A stretch of 49,757 nt of DNA from Octopus bimaculoides (GCF_001194135.2 NC_068982.1:158352815-158402571), one strand, 5' to 3'; shown: positions 26,305 to 39,039, counted from the stretch's first letter. Made by a program: numbers and translations. Notes: generated from the sequence alone by a model not told the origin.

Positions 26305-26949
26305 GATGGTTTCACTTAAACTAGTTATAAAACAAATTTATATAATATTTGCTGATATGCATTTCAGCAAAATAGGTTTGAGATAGAATAAAATAATTCA
26401 ACTCATTCTGTCACTATTCATGCGAAGTAATAATAGTAATAATGATCATATTGATGCGGATGATGAGGATGTTGATGATGGTACGTATTGAATAAATGAG
26501 AAAGAATTTTGCAAATACAGAGAAAAACGGAATCCTATAAAATTAACGCCATCTCCATTCCAAAGGATTCCAATTCTCTCTGATGCTCTCATTTTAAATC
26601 AAAATGGTAAGCAGCATAGCAAAATAAGCCATCTTTTGTGTACGAAAATCCTTTAGTTTTACACTGCTGACATTAAACGCTAGAATTAGTGCTGCAGACA
26701 ATATACGAATTTTCTTGAGTAATTCATATTTTAAAAATGCATCATATCAACATCGAGAAAATTGTAATTGAATTTAAACGACTAATATCTAATTTATAAG
26801 AAGCAGGGAGAAATGTCTTTGAAATCTCAGAGCATTACAGATACATAGATCAATTACAAGACAGCAGGTACCACACTCATAAAGGAAAGAAAGTCCGAGA
26901 ATAAATATGTCTGACATATTAGCGTTAAACAAAACAAACCACACACACA

Positions 26950-27105
<156 letters not shown>

Positions 27106-27624
27106 TTTCTATTATTATATAAAAAATATTTCATTCTTATTTACTTAGAAGGGATAGCTCACTTCCTGCGCTCACGAAGCTTCATCAACAAAAAGGATGT
27201 GAAACATGGGTGATGTAGTTCTTCGCCTCGAAATACAAGAAATCGTCTGAGCGTAAGATCAATGAAATGTGGCTTCGGACGGAGCAAAACGACGACCTCT
27301 ACTTTGAATGCTAGGCTGGTTTTGATGTAACTTGATGAATAAAGCAATTAAGTTATAAAAATATTGCAAAACTTTTGATTCAACACAATACTGTGATACA
27401 ACATTGCAAAATCAATGATCTTATCATTGTTAATTCTTTCTTCAATCTGATCTTGCAGCCTTGATTCAAGGGCATCATCAGGCTATTGTTGCTGTGGTAA
27501 TTACAGTTATTGTTATTTTCTTTGTCATTTCGCGAACAATCATAACTGTCATATTACAAAATATTAGAGAATCTAATCAGGTTGCGCTTAATTAGGATTA
27601 ACAGTTTTTCATTATCTACAGATA

Positions 27625-27937
27625 TCGTTAAAGAGCATATACGATTGATAGGGTTAAAAGCCCAAAACGTTCTGGTGTATTAAATAAAATATTAGAAGCC
27701 AGAGGTGTCAGCCAAACCACATGCTAATACTTCTAAATTATTTTGACAATATTTGAATAAATTTGTATTAATTTTACGCTTGCATCTCTCTCACTTGTTC
27801 GGTCGAATTAACGCTATATTTTATTTTTGCTTTACATAATATTATGTTGATATAATTAGTAATTTGCATCAGGCACAAGGAAACTACAGTGTTAAAAAGG
27901 TGACGAATCATGAACACATGACTAAATAACAATCTTG
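27625..27937 (+). repeat. Copy 1 of a ~313-bp direct repeat
   Basis: Collinear with 30210-30523 from tcgttaaagagcatatacg to catgactaaataacaatcttg. Confidence 0.9.
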
Positions 27938-28239
27938 ACATATATATGTGTGTGCGTGTTTAGGTGTGTTTATTTGCATGTGTGTATACACAAACACGCG
28001 TATATGTATATACTCGCGTGTGTATGAATGGATGTGTATGAATACCTGTGTCTGAGTGTGCGAGTACCATTGTGCTTTCGTAGATTTCCCAGATGAAAAT
28101 ATACAAACACACGTACTTTTCTTCCTCCTGCTACTTCTAGTATTGCAAATACTAATGATAACCATGTCTTCCACAGAGACGATACGTGAAACTTTGCGAA
28201 TGGAGGCGGTGCTTGTCGATTGAAGTCCATAAAGGCTAA

Positions 28240-28560
28240 TTATTTCATCAAGCCCGAAAGGATAGAATGCGAAGTTAATCTCGGTGGAATTTGAAGTTAA
28301 AAATTAATGACGAACCCAATGTCGCAATGCATTTTATCCGCCGTATTACAGTTTCTGTCAGCTCGCTGCCTTCATGCAATAATGGTTTCAATAATAACGG
28401 TTTCAAACTTTGGCTTCAGGGGAGGCGTAAATCGATTACATCCACCCCAGTGCTCAACTGGTACTTATTTTATCGACCCTGAAAGTATGAAAGGCAAAGT
28501 TGACATCGGTGACATTTCAACTCAGATCATAAAGACAGACGAAATTGCGCTATGCATTGA
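28240..28560 (-). mobile_element. Two degenerate antisense SINE family A fragments
   Basis: ctcggtggaatttgaa, ggtacttattttatcgaccc and ggcaaagttgacatcgg motifs. Confidence 0.6.
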
Positions 28561-28959
28561 GTTCTGAGTGCTATCGTTTCTCCCAATTTAATAATAATAA
28601 TTACGAGGATGATGAGGAGGATAATGATGTTGATGGAATCTCCCCTCGAAAACGAAGTACGAGCGTTCAGCTTTTGCTGAATAACGTGCACAAATGATTT
28701 ATTTTAATTTCAAATATATATGATCTACATTAGCTCACTCCCTCCATCAAATCAATATTGCTTGTAAAGGTTCACAAGTATGCCACCCGTCAGATGTCGA
28801 AAGGATCGCAGAGTAACGTGAAATGAAGAGTTTTGCTCAAGAACATTATGCGCCGCTCAGCCCAGAAATCGAACCCTGAATGTAACGATCGTAGTTGCGA
28901 CACGTAAACCACTAGGCCACGCGCCTTCGCACAATGACAATAATAATAATCATAATAAA

Positions 28960-29860
28960 CTTTTCTCTATTAGTCACTAAAGGTTCGCAAGAACGTTGGA
29001 GACAGTAGAGAACAATACAATGTGGGGTTACATATATAATGTGTAAATGTAAAAGATAGCAAAATAAATTTTAACGTGGAAAACTTTCTCAAAAGAAGAA
29101 GATATCCTAGGGCTGCTAGCAAAGACCCCACAAACCACGGTCACCTTGAACACTAAAGCAAGAGCTATTTCCACATCATTCTCATAGCTTTGTCTGCGCC
29201 TGTTCATTCGGACCATTCTTGCAACATTCACCAGCTTTTAAGAAAACTGCTGGGAGGTAGCATTTCCCTCTCTACTCTTACTTTCCATTCCAAGTGAAAC
29301 TTGAGAAAGTTGATGAGTTCTTATCCAGAGAGGAAAGTATCTCTGTTCAGCCTTTTCAATATGGTCCATCACACAATCTCTTTCGCTAAGGCCATCAGAC
29401 AAAGGAACACTTCCTGCCTATCTCAGCCAAAGGAAAGGGGTGGCGCGGCGATCTTCACAATAGACAGAGTCGATAGCCGGATCCAACCTACACGCGACAG
29501 CAGGTGTTCGACATAAACCCATAAGGCAGCAATACCCAAGGGTAATGGACGAGAGCAAGCAGAACGGATTCATCGATCTGCGTGGATCTCGGAGAGGCCC
29601 GGCTGACGGCACTTTATTCTTATATAATTTATCCAAACCGGCAATAATCCCCGATAGTACTGTCAAACTAAACGCTTATGGAAATTACCCATAGGCCCCC
29701 CAGCACGGAAGTCCTCCCAAACCAACCATTTAATTCTCGTTGATGTCTAGAGTCTCTTCGAGAAGGTCGTCGCATTTTTCCACCGCTAAACCTCTATCGC
29801 AGAACTTACCCCGACCGCATTGCCTCACAGTGAGTGCCTGATGATACAAAAAGAGCCGGG
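28960..29860 (-). mobile_element. Tx1/L1-clade LINE, degenerate 3' end (zinc-finger region, C-terminus, 3' UTR)
   Basis: Minus strand gives WQYYRG..DKLY..PRSTQIDESVLLALVH..LWVYVEHLL..VFLCLMALAKEIV*WT..FLKSW*NVARMVRMN; locally GC-rich. Confidence 0.7.
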
Positions 29861-30209
29861 AACCCGACTTCAGTCTACACTTGATACAGAACTGCAGCCC
29901 AGTCAAAGTTCAAGGGTTGATGCAATGGGCTTACCCTCTCCTTCTAAATTCTAAATGGCATTGTGGCAAAATTTGAAGCCATTATTAATCAAATGTTTTG
30001 GACGACGAATTAGAATCGTTGAAGTATTGGGCAAACCAACATAAACATCGTCGTGGTCATTATTATTATTATTATGATAATTATTATTATTATTGGGAGA
30101 GAGAGTAGAATATACCATGATGCTGGGGTAGATGCAAATATACGAAGCCTAATATGCCCATTATGATTACCTGCAATACCAAGCAAATCGATCCAAAACA
30201 ATTTCTACT

Positions 30210-30523
30210 TCGTTAAAGAGCATATACGTTTGATGGCGTTAAAAGACTCAAAATGTTCTGGCGAATTAAACAAAATATTCGAAGCCAGATGTATCAGCCA
30301 AACAACATGCTAATACTTATAAATTATTTTGACGATATTTGAATAAATTTGTATTAATTTTACGCTCGCATCTCTCTCACTTGTTCGATCGAAATAACGC
30401 TATATTTTAGTTTTGCCTTATATTATATAATGTTGATATAATTAGTAATTTGCACCATGCACAAGAAAACTACAGTGTTACAAAGGTGAAGAATCACGAA
30501 CACATGACTAAATAACAATCTTG
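30210..30523 (+). repeat. Copy 2 of the ~313-bp direct repeat
   Basis: Collinear with 27625-27937. Confidence 0.9.
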
Positions 30524-31386
30524 TCGCGCGCGCGCGCGTATGTCTATACGAACACGTATTTGTGACATTTCTTTCACCTATTTAAAATCTGTGTTCAAAA
30601 CGCACTGAGATTAAATTTACATTTCAGTCGCTCGGAATCGACATAACATGGTGGCTGTCAAACACTTAACGAGATAATAAGCTCTTCCTCGTCTAAAAAT
30701 TTCAGTCCTGATGCCTATATAAGAAACAACGATTTATCAATCGCTGTTAAAAGATAATAAGCTATTCCCCGTCTAAAAAATTCAGTCCTGGTGCCTATAT
30801 AAGGAACAATGACTTATGTAACTGTATCGATTTATTCAGTCGTCGTTGAGGTGAAAACTTAAAGTTGTGTTGTAACTCTGAATGATTTGACAAAATTCAG
30901 AGCTTGTTCGAGTTAAATTCAATAATGTACGACTTCCCATAATTTGAGGTAACATGGATTTTCCATTTGCACAACAATGTTAAAACTTTAGGTTTTGTAC
31001 AATTCTGTTTTATTCATAGACATGTTTCGCTTTCATAAAAAAAAATTGTGTTCATATGACAAAGCTAATGTCTTGCACAAAATTATATTCATTAGAATAG
31101 CGCCCAGGTTTCTTTGTTACATCCTCGTCATTATAAAATTCTAATGAGCGACAGAAAGATGACGTCACTTTTATTCCAGAAAATGCAACATCAGTTTACT
31201 CATATTTTCTTTTAACTTAGTGAGCGATAACACGTATATTCTTTTATCTTCGAGCAATTTATATATAATAATGCAATTATAGCTCCCCATAAACTAAAGT
31301 ACCAAGCAGTACTGGAGCCAACAATATTGACTAAAACACTTTGCATAAATGCTGCTGAGATAAACTTCAATATTTCGGTGTCGAAA

Positions 31387-32006
31387 GGCGGTGAGCAGGC
31401 AGAGTCGTTAGCACGCCGGGCGAGATGCATAGCAGTATTTAGTCTGCCGTTATGTTCTGAGTTCAAATTCCACCGAGGTCGACTTTGCCTTTCATCCTTT
31501 CGGAGTCGATAAATAAAGTACCAGTTACGTACTGGGTCGTTGTAATCGACTTAATCCCCTTCATTGTCCCCTCTATATTTAGCCCCTTGTGGGCAATAAA
31601 GAAATAAGAAACGTTAGCATGCTGGACGAAATGCTTAGCGGTATTTCGTCTGTCTTTACGTTCTGAGTTCAAATTCCGCCGAGGTCGACTTTGCCTTTCA
31701 TCCTTTCGGGGTCGATTAAATAAGTACCAGTTACGCACTGGGGTCGATATAATCGACTTAATCCGTTTGTCTGTCCTTGTTTGTCCCCTCTGTGTGTAGC
31801 CCCGTGTGGGCAGTAAAGAAATAAGAAACGTTAGCTGTATTTCGTCTGTCTTTACGTTCTGAGTTCAAATTCCGCCGAGGTCGACATTACCTTTCATCCT
31901 TTCGGTGTCGATAGATTAAGTACCAGTTGCGTACTAGTGTCCATCTAATCGACTGTACAAGTACCCCAAAATTTCAGGCGTTGTGCCTAGAGTAGAAAAG
32001 AATATT
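31387..32006 (+). mobile_element. Head-to-tail trimer of SINE family A
   Basis: Units joined at aagaaacgttagc (31606-31618, 31823-31835). Confidence 0.9.
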
Positions 32007-32209
32007 TCAGTGTTGATAAAAGAAAGTACCAGTAAAGTATACTGTGATTGATGTAATCAATTAATCTCTCTTCCTTGCAAATTGCTAACCTTCAGCCACA
32101 ATTCAGGTTATTGTTAAGGTGGCAAAATGACAGAATATTTAGAGCTTTACCGAAGAATGACATGTGATATTTATTTCTGGCCTTTTAATGTTTAGTCCAA
32201 TACCCGTCT

Positions 32210-32588
32210 GTGGAGGGACAATGGCCCATTGGTTAGGGCAGCGGACTCGCCGTCATAGGATCGCGGTTTCGATTCCCAGACCGGGCGTTGTGAGTGTTTA
32301 TTGAGCGAAAACACGTAAAGCTCCACGAGGCTCCGGCACGGGGTGGTGACTCAACCTGCTGTACTCTTTCACCACAACTTTCACTCTTACTTCCTGTTTC
32401 TGTTGTGCCTGTAATTCAAAGGATCACCCTTGTCACACTGTATCACGCTGAATATCCCCGAGAATCACGTTAAGTGTACACGTGTCTGTGGAGTGCTCAG
32501 CCACGTGCACGTTAATTTCACGAGCAGGCTGTTCTGTTGATCGGATCAAATGGAACCCTCGACGTCATAACCGACAGAGTGCCAACAA
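32210..32588 (+). mobile_element. Full-length SINE family C with 12-bp target-site duplication
   Basis: caatacccgtct at 32198-32209 and 32589-32600. Confidence 0.9.
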
Positions 32589-32739
32589 CAATACCCGTCT
32601 ATACATTTTTTACATTCATCATTTGAGGTTGATGAAATAAATTACCGCTCAATTATTGCGATTGATGACGTCGACTAAACCAGTGACCGGAAACTGATGG
32701 TATTCGAGACCTATAATAGAAACTATTACTAGAACCACC

Positions 32740-32833
32740 ACAACAACTAATATACCACTACTGCTGCTACCCACCACAACCACCACCACCGCTACTACTA
32801 CTTTTACTACTACTGCTGCCACTATTGCTGCTG

Positions 32834-32866
<33 letters not shown>

Positions 32867-33098
32867 TAGCTGCCACGACTACTACTACTACTGCTACAAC
32901 AGCTGCCACGACTACTACAACTACTACTACTACTACAGCTGCCATTACTACTACTAGTACTGCTACTACTACTACTACTACTACTAATACTACTATTACT
33001 ACTACTACTACAGCTGCCACTACTACTACTACTACTACTACTACTAATACTACTACTACTACTTCTTCTACAGTTGCTACTACTACTACTACTACCCC

Positions 33099-33133
<35 letters not shown>

Positions 33134-33338
33134 GCTACTACCATCCCCCACCACCAGNNNNNNNNNNNNNNNNNNNNNNNNNNNNNNNNNNNNNNNNNNN
33201 NNNNNNNNNNNNNNNNNNNNNNNNNNNNNNNNNNNNNNNNNNNNNNNNNNNNNNNNNNNNNNNNNNNNNNNNNNNNNNNNNNNNNNNNNNNNNNNNNNNN
33301 NNNNNCACCACCACCACCACCACCACCACCACCACTAC

Positions 33339-33400
<62 letters not shown>
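32740..33400. repeat. Compound (TAC)/(CAC)/(TGC) trinucleotide tract spanning a gap
   Basis: Directly visible; source of the poly-V/S/T ORFs. Confidence 0.95.
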
Positions 33401-33401
<1 letters not shown>

Positions 33402-33819
33402 CGCCTGCACCGCTTGCTGCTGCCTGCTGCCGCCGACGCCTGATGCTGCTGCTGCTGTTATTGTTGTTAACATTCGTATTAACCATTGTCCACATACCCA
33501 GGCAACGTAGTTTATCGACACGACTGCGTACAATAATAATTTCTTTATGGGCGCCAGCGTGATGAAAGCTAATGTTGACATCATCTTTTTAAACTAAATT
33601 CTTCTTGAGACATAATGCCTCTGACATATAATATGCGTCATTATGAAATTAGATGCAATTACTGAAGCACGATATGTTCTTGCGAACAAAGCAATGATTA
33701 TGGGAGATTCATAATCGAATTAGAAATGTACAATGAAATTATTCATACGTTCTCCAAAGGCTTTAACGAATTTACAATTTTTGTTTTGAGAATTGTATAC
33801 GACAGTTTTTGTGAGGAGG

Positions 33820-34700
33820 GTATTGAATCGATATCAGCTAATGACTGGTACTCGATGTATTTTATAGACACTGGATTGATAAAAGGCAAATGAATCTAAC
33901 GCAACTTTTGAATATGGAACTTACTGCAATGAAGCAAAGCAGTGGTTTTAAATTATAGCATAGGGCCAACAGTATTGCAGAGGAGGAGGATCAATTACAT
34001 TGACCCTCGCAGTACTAAACTAATACTTATTTTATTCACCTCGAAAGAATGAAGTTCGATCTTCGCGAAATTTGAACTCAGTTTGTAAATCCAGAAGAAA
34101 TGTAGCTAAGCATTTTGCTCGCCGTGGTAACAATGCTGTCAGCTCATTGCCTTTATTGGCTACAAGAGCCGTAACATCAGTTACGATAATGCAGATAAGA
34201 CTTTGATTATTTACACACACAAGTATGAATAAAATGAATAACGATAAACTAAAAAATAAATACTACAACTTGTAGTAGTAATTTCAAATTTTGGCAAAAG
34301 GTAAGCAACCTCGGCGCTAAGTCGATTACACCGACCCCAGTACACAGCAGGTTCTTTTTTTTTTTTCGATCCCTAAAGGATAAAATGTAAATTCAACCTC
34401 GGCGAAATTTGAACGTAGAACGTGAAGACGGAGGAAATGACTGTAAGCATTTTGACCAGCGCGCTGGCGATTCTGCCAGCTAAACGTCTTTGTAACTTTA
34501 TGTTGACAGACGAGTAGTTTCAGTGAAAATGATAGTCTATTCCGCGATCCCATAACGTTACGTTCGTTCCTATCGATTCTAGTTCGTGACTAGTAGTTGC
34601 TGTTATCGACATCGGGAAGATGGAATGTAAATCTCACTTAGTTTTGAACTCAGAACATAAACACCAGCATGAAATGATGCCAGACATTCTCTCCGTTGCT
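33820..34700 (-). mobile_element. Several degenerate antisense SINE family A copies
   Basis: Repeated aatttgaactca, aagcatttt and tctgccagct motifs. Confidence 0.6.
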
Positions 34701-35774
34701 CTAACTTATGAATATATTAGTAAAAATTTAACAAGAATCACTAGTTTCGATAAGAAGATTTTCTCATACTCATTTTAAATCACAACAGAGACCTGAAGTA
34801 ATAAAGAAAAAGTTAACAAATGAATACAAAAGTCTCATACAGAAAAAAATAAGAAACTTATACAAATGTTTCCTGCAGTTATGTCTGTCACCAATAATTC
34901 TATGTATTTTACACCGTTATATTGCTTTCAATATATAAAATGTATTGCTTTGTAGTTTTCTCTGTACAAAAGCATGTAGAGAAGACAATGATTATTTAGC
35001 CAAAAAATAATGTGATTAAGTTTTTCCTATTTTGCACAAGAAAAAAATTGCCTGGATTGCTTACTTTCAGCATATGTTAATATGCGACCAGACACTGATG
35101 TAAGCAATAAAATAAGTCATAAATTGATAATAATATGATGACAAAAAGAGCATATACTTTTGTTTTATAGCTGTTTTTACGAACTACATACCAAAGTATA
35201 CAGTTCATCCTCACAACAAAGATGCGTGAAAAATATGGAATACAATAACAGAAAAAATATACAAAAAATATATAGACACATACAAATACATCAATCTATC
35301 ATTTTATATAATATTTATGTGGGTGTGAGTGAATGTCCATGAGTATTTGTCTATATGTGTGTCTATATACTTGTTTGTTGTATATATATATATATATATA
35401 TATNNNNNNNNNNNNNNNNNNNNNNNNNNNNNNNNNNNNNNNNNNNNNNNNNNNNNNNNNNNNNNNNNNNNNNNNNNNNNNNNNNNNNNNNNNNNNNNNN
35501 NNNNNNNNNNNNNNNNNNNNNNNNNNNNNNNNNNNNNNNNNNNNNNNNNNNNNNNNNNNNNNNNNNNNNNNNNNNNNNNNNNNNNNNNNNNNNNNNNNNN
35601 NNNNNNNNNNNNNNNNNNNNNNNNNNNNNNNNNNNNNNNNNNNNNNNNNNNNNNNNNNNNNNNNNNNNNNNNNNNNNNNNNNNNNNNNNNNNNNNNNNNN
35701 NNNNNNNNNNNNNNNNNNNNNNNNNNNNNNNNNNNNNNNNNNNNNNNNNNNNTGTGTGTGTGTGTGTATGTGTG

Positions 35775-35990
35775 CGTGCGTGCGTGTGTGTGTTTGTCAT
35801 CCACCACCGCTTGAGAACAGGTGTTGCTATTTTTTTCATTCACGTAATATAGCAGTTCGTCAAAAAATACTGACAGTATAAGTACCAGACCATAAGGAAA
35901 AAAGTTCTGGTGTCGATTTTTTCGATTAAAAATCCCTTAAGGCGGTGCCCGAGAATGGCCGCAGTCAAAATGACTGAAACAGCTAACAAG
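35775..35990 (+). mobile_element. 3' half of SINE family B
   Basis: aaggcggtgccc..gaatggccgcagtcaaaatgactgaaaca matches the 3' end of 10840-11300. Confidence 0.75.
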
Positions 35991-36569
35991 TAAAATATAT
36001 TTATATACGACACACAAAGCGTTCCATATATTTAAAATCACTGGCGGTACCGTAACATAGTCGCAGCTTTCGTACTGCATCTTTTATAACGATAAAAGAG
36101 TATGTATAACTTTTACCGTATTGAAAATCAGCCCATGTTTTCAACGGGTTTTCTTATATGACTGAAAATGGTAGCTGAATTTAACCCTAGGCGTTAAAAG
36201 TCGTTGATAAGGATAAAATCGTGATCTGACCATATACATTATACATTTGTTGAATCAGGTACATAAAAAATAACTTTAGTTGCTTCTGGGTTAGAGCGGT
36301 GTGTCCGCATTTGTATACAGAATGTAACTGCAACGACGTATGAGGGTTCGGCAATTTCTGGCCGGAGTGCCATTTAATTTTTTAGCTCGTAAGTTCTTGG
36401 TATTTTCTTGTTACTCAAGCGGGTATAATCTTATTTTGGACATTTGTATTGTAGTCACTCAAACTGAACCTGCTTGGTAGGGGAAGTTTTCTAAAAATTC
36501 CGGCTTTTGGGGGCGAATTTTAATTTCATAGTGTACTGTTTTGACACGTAATTGTTTACATCTTCTAAA

Positions 36570-37280
36570 CATGGACTCCAGCCATGAAGAGGGCAACGCC
36601 CCCCTCCCCCTAACCGAACTATACAAATCAACGTTTCCTCTTCCCCCGTATTACGAACAAGAGGTGGGGAATGAAAGACTTGCAGCTGAAAGCACAGAGA
36701 CAATTTCCAACGCTATCACAACCAGCAAAACAACTGTAGATCTCGAAAAAAAAAAGAAAAAAAGGATATTGAACATATCAGTCGCGGTTTCGCATCTGTA
36801 ACGAAAGTACACCATGAACAACTAAAATTAAATGATGAAAATTTGAAAAAGTGCAAAAATCAAATTCAGAAAAACGGCATAAATGTCTCTTTAACCGCCC
36901 CTACCGAAATCTTGTAGCACACCTTACGGGGAGCCGCAATTTATAAAACACTATCACTAAAATAGGACACAATTGACCATACTTCAAATGAACTTATTGA
37001 AACGTGTTTGCAGGTCGTCTGGAATTAAAAAAAATTAAATACGTGGCTAGAGAGATAAGATATGGCACTATGGAAGCAAGGTTCGACCCGAAAGACGAAG
37101 CCAAACAGCAGGCCATAGTGCCACCTAGAACGGACGAATTAGTGCTCCTCTCAAAAATTAAGATTTGGAAGGTTCCCCCAGAGATTGACGTCCTTTGGGT
37201 GGTGGCGGCCATCCTGCTTTATAGCGAAGAAAACAGTGATATATTACAGATAAATAAACTGCAGCAACAAAACTGGTGAG
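36570..37280 (+). mobile_element. Possible degenerate LINE ORF1-like remnant
   Basis: Low-complexity N-terminus followed by FAGRLELKKIKYVAREIRYGTMEARFD..KIKIWKVPPEIDV, with frameshifts. The ORF1 assignment is a pattern guess only. Confidence 0.3.
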
Positions 37281-37502
37281 GCAGTGTCTGAACCTTTTAA
37301 TTCAAGCAAATCAGGAAACACAGCACCCATTGCCCTGCACTCAATAGACTCCAGATACAAGCGAACTGCAGGTTCCAAGTTAGGTGAATGATTAAGCGAA
37401 AAACAACAGATGGACAATGGTTCACTACAGTCGTTTCAGACGTGTTTTGCATTTTATTGTTGAATAAAAGCGATACATCATGCAAAAAGAATCTTTTTTC
37501 CT

Positions 37503-37743
37503 CATGTGAATACATGTAAGAATTTAGTATTTTGAACATCTCAATAACAAGTCAAAAGTGTCGGTTTGATTCTACAGACGAAACTTCGGTCAGAGAGTGA
37601 ATAGCTTGGGTTTCCTCTTTATAAACATCTTACTGGTATAATTATTCAGTCTTTGACCGAATTTCGGTGGGTAGATTAAAGATGGTGCTTTTGACTTGTT
37701 ATTGAGATGTTAAAAACATTTTATTCTTACGTGTATTCACGTG
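37503..37743. mobile_element. Foldback/MITE-like element with ~100-bp arms and ~40-nt loop
   Basis: Perfect 24-bp inverted core 37535-37558 / 37688-37711; arms 37503-37603 and 37643-37743. Confidence 0.85.
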
Positions 37744-37791
37744 ATAAAAACTTTTTTTGTTTTTCGTGATGTAACACTTCTTTTCATCAAT

Positions 37792-37833
<42 letters not shown>

Positions 37834-38274
37834 ACTGTGAAGCTATGAATCTTATATTCTGCGTTCCTATATTTTGTCAAGTAACATTTTGAAAAATGCA
37901 TACCTCTTCCATTGGGATTAATTTGCGTATGAGTGCAAATTTCAGAAAACGCTCGTTCAGAAATTTTTATGTTGTTTGCCAAGAAATAAACAAAACACAC
38001 ACACACTCTCGAAATTGTCGATGTTTATTTCTCATTACCAGCAACTGCATTTACGAACGAATGATATGTGCACACATACACATATACACATATACATATA
38101 AACATATATGCATATGTGTGCGTATGTGTGCTGGCACACGTGTGTGAATGCGTATATAATTACATTACATATATGGAGACATACATACATATATACAGGA
38201 ACACATAATTTTTCCATTTTCTATATAATTCTCTTATGCAACCACTGAAGCTAAAGTAAATAAAATATGCTTAC

Positions 38275-38379
38275 CTTGTCAAATCCAATCTTGGAGAGCT
38301 CTAAAATATCGAGGTCAATATCAGTTCGGAGACCCCGGTCATCATAACGTATTCTCCCTGTCAAACCCTCTATGTTAAC
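38275..38379 (-). CDS. GRIK-like: Internal coding exon of a kainate-type ionotropic glutamate receptor (end of amino-terminal/LIVBP-like domain)
   Basis: Minus strand reads tatttttcag|GTTAAC...GACAAG|gtaagc: canonical acceptor and donor, 105 nt, phase 0/0, open frame VNIEGLTGRIRYDDRGLRTDIDLDILELSKIGFDK. It matches the iGluR ATD motif EGLTGxIxF...GxRT and specifically the kainate-type GLRTDFDLD pattern. Confidence 0.9.
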
Positions 38380-38938
38380 CTGAAAAAATAGATTAAGGAA
38401 AGAATGAATGAATAAATGAATGAATAAGTGAATAGATGATATGGTGCAGAGGTAAGCTCTCAAGAGGCGATTCTCTCTAAAAGAAGCAATAATGTTCTCA
38501 CTCTCATACTAAATATTGTGAGCCAGTGACGTGAACACAGCAGAATCATTATGTCAAACAAGAGCTCTGATCAAGTAAGGTTGGTTTCTCAATATATTAT
38601 TGAATTAAAATGATTGAATAATAGAATACTGTGGTTACTGCCCACATAGTTTCATTCCTTGTATATTTCAGTCATTCCTCTAATGACATCATAGAAAACA
38701 AATCTGAACGCTCCTCAGCTATTGTCAATCTCGGACCTTCGCCAACTAATTACTCCTACAACCATGATAGCACACCATCCAACCATCCATCCGAAAACAA
38801 AAAAACTTATGCATACACATGTACATTCACTAACGTATACACACACATGCTCGCATATACACGCGCGCGCGCACACATACACACACGCATTCATACACAT
38901 ATGACGAAACTCTTTTGTACAATCAATATAATTTACAA

Positions 38939-39017
<79 letters not shown>

Positions 39018-39039
39018 TTTGAATATGTTGATTATTCAT

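Noticed and set aside
26540-26590. Minus-strand IGILWNGDGVNF, resembling the expected next exon IGTWN..GVN
   Set aside because: No phase-0 AG acceptor before the Ile codon, and the downstream sequence lacks the S1 VTT motif.
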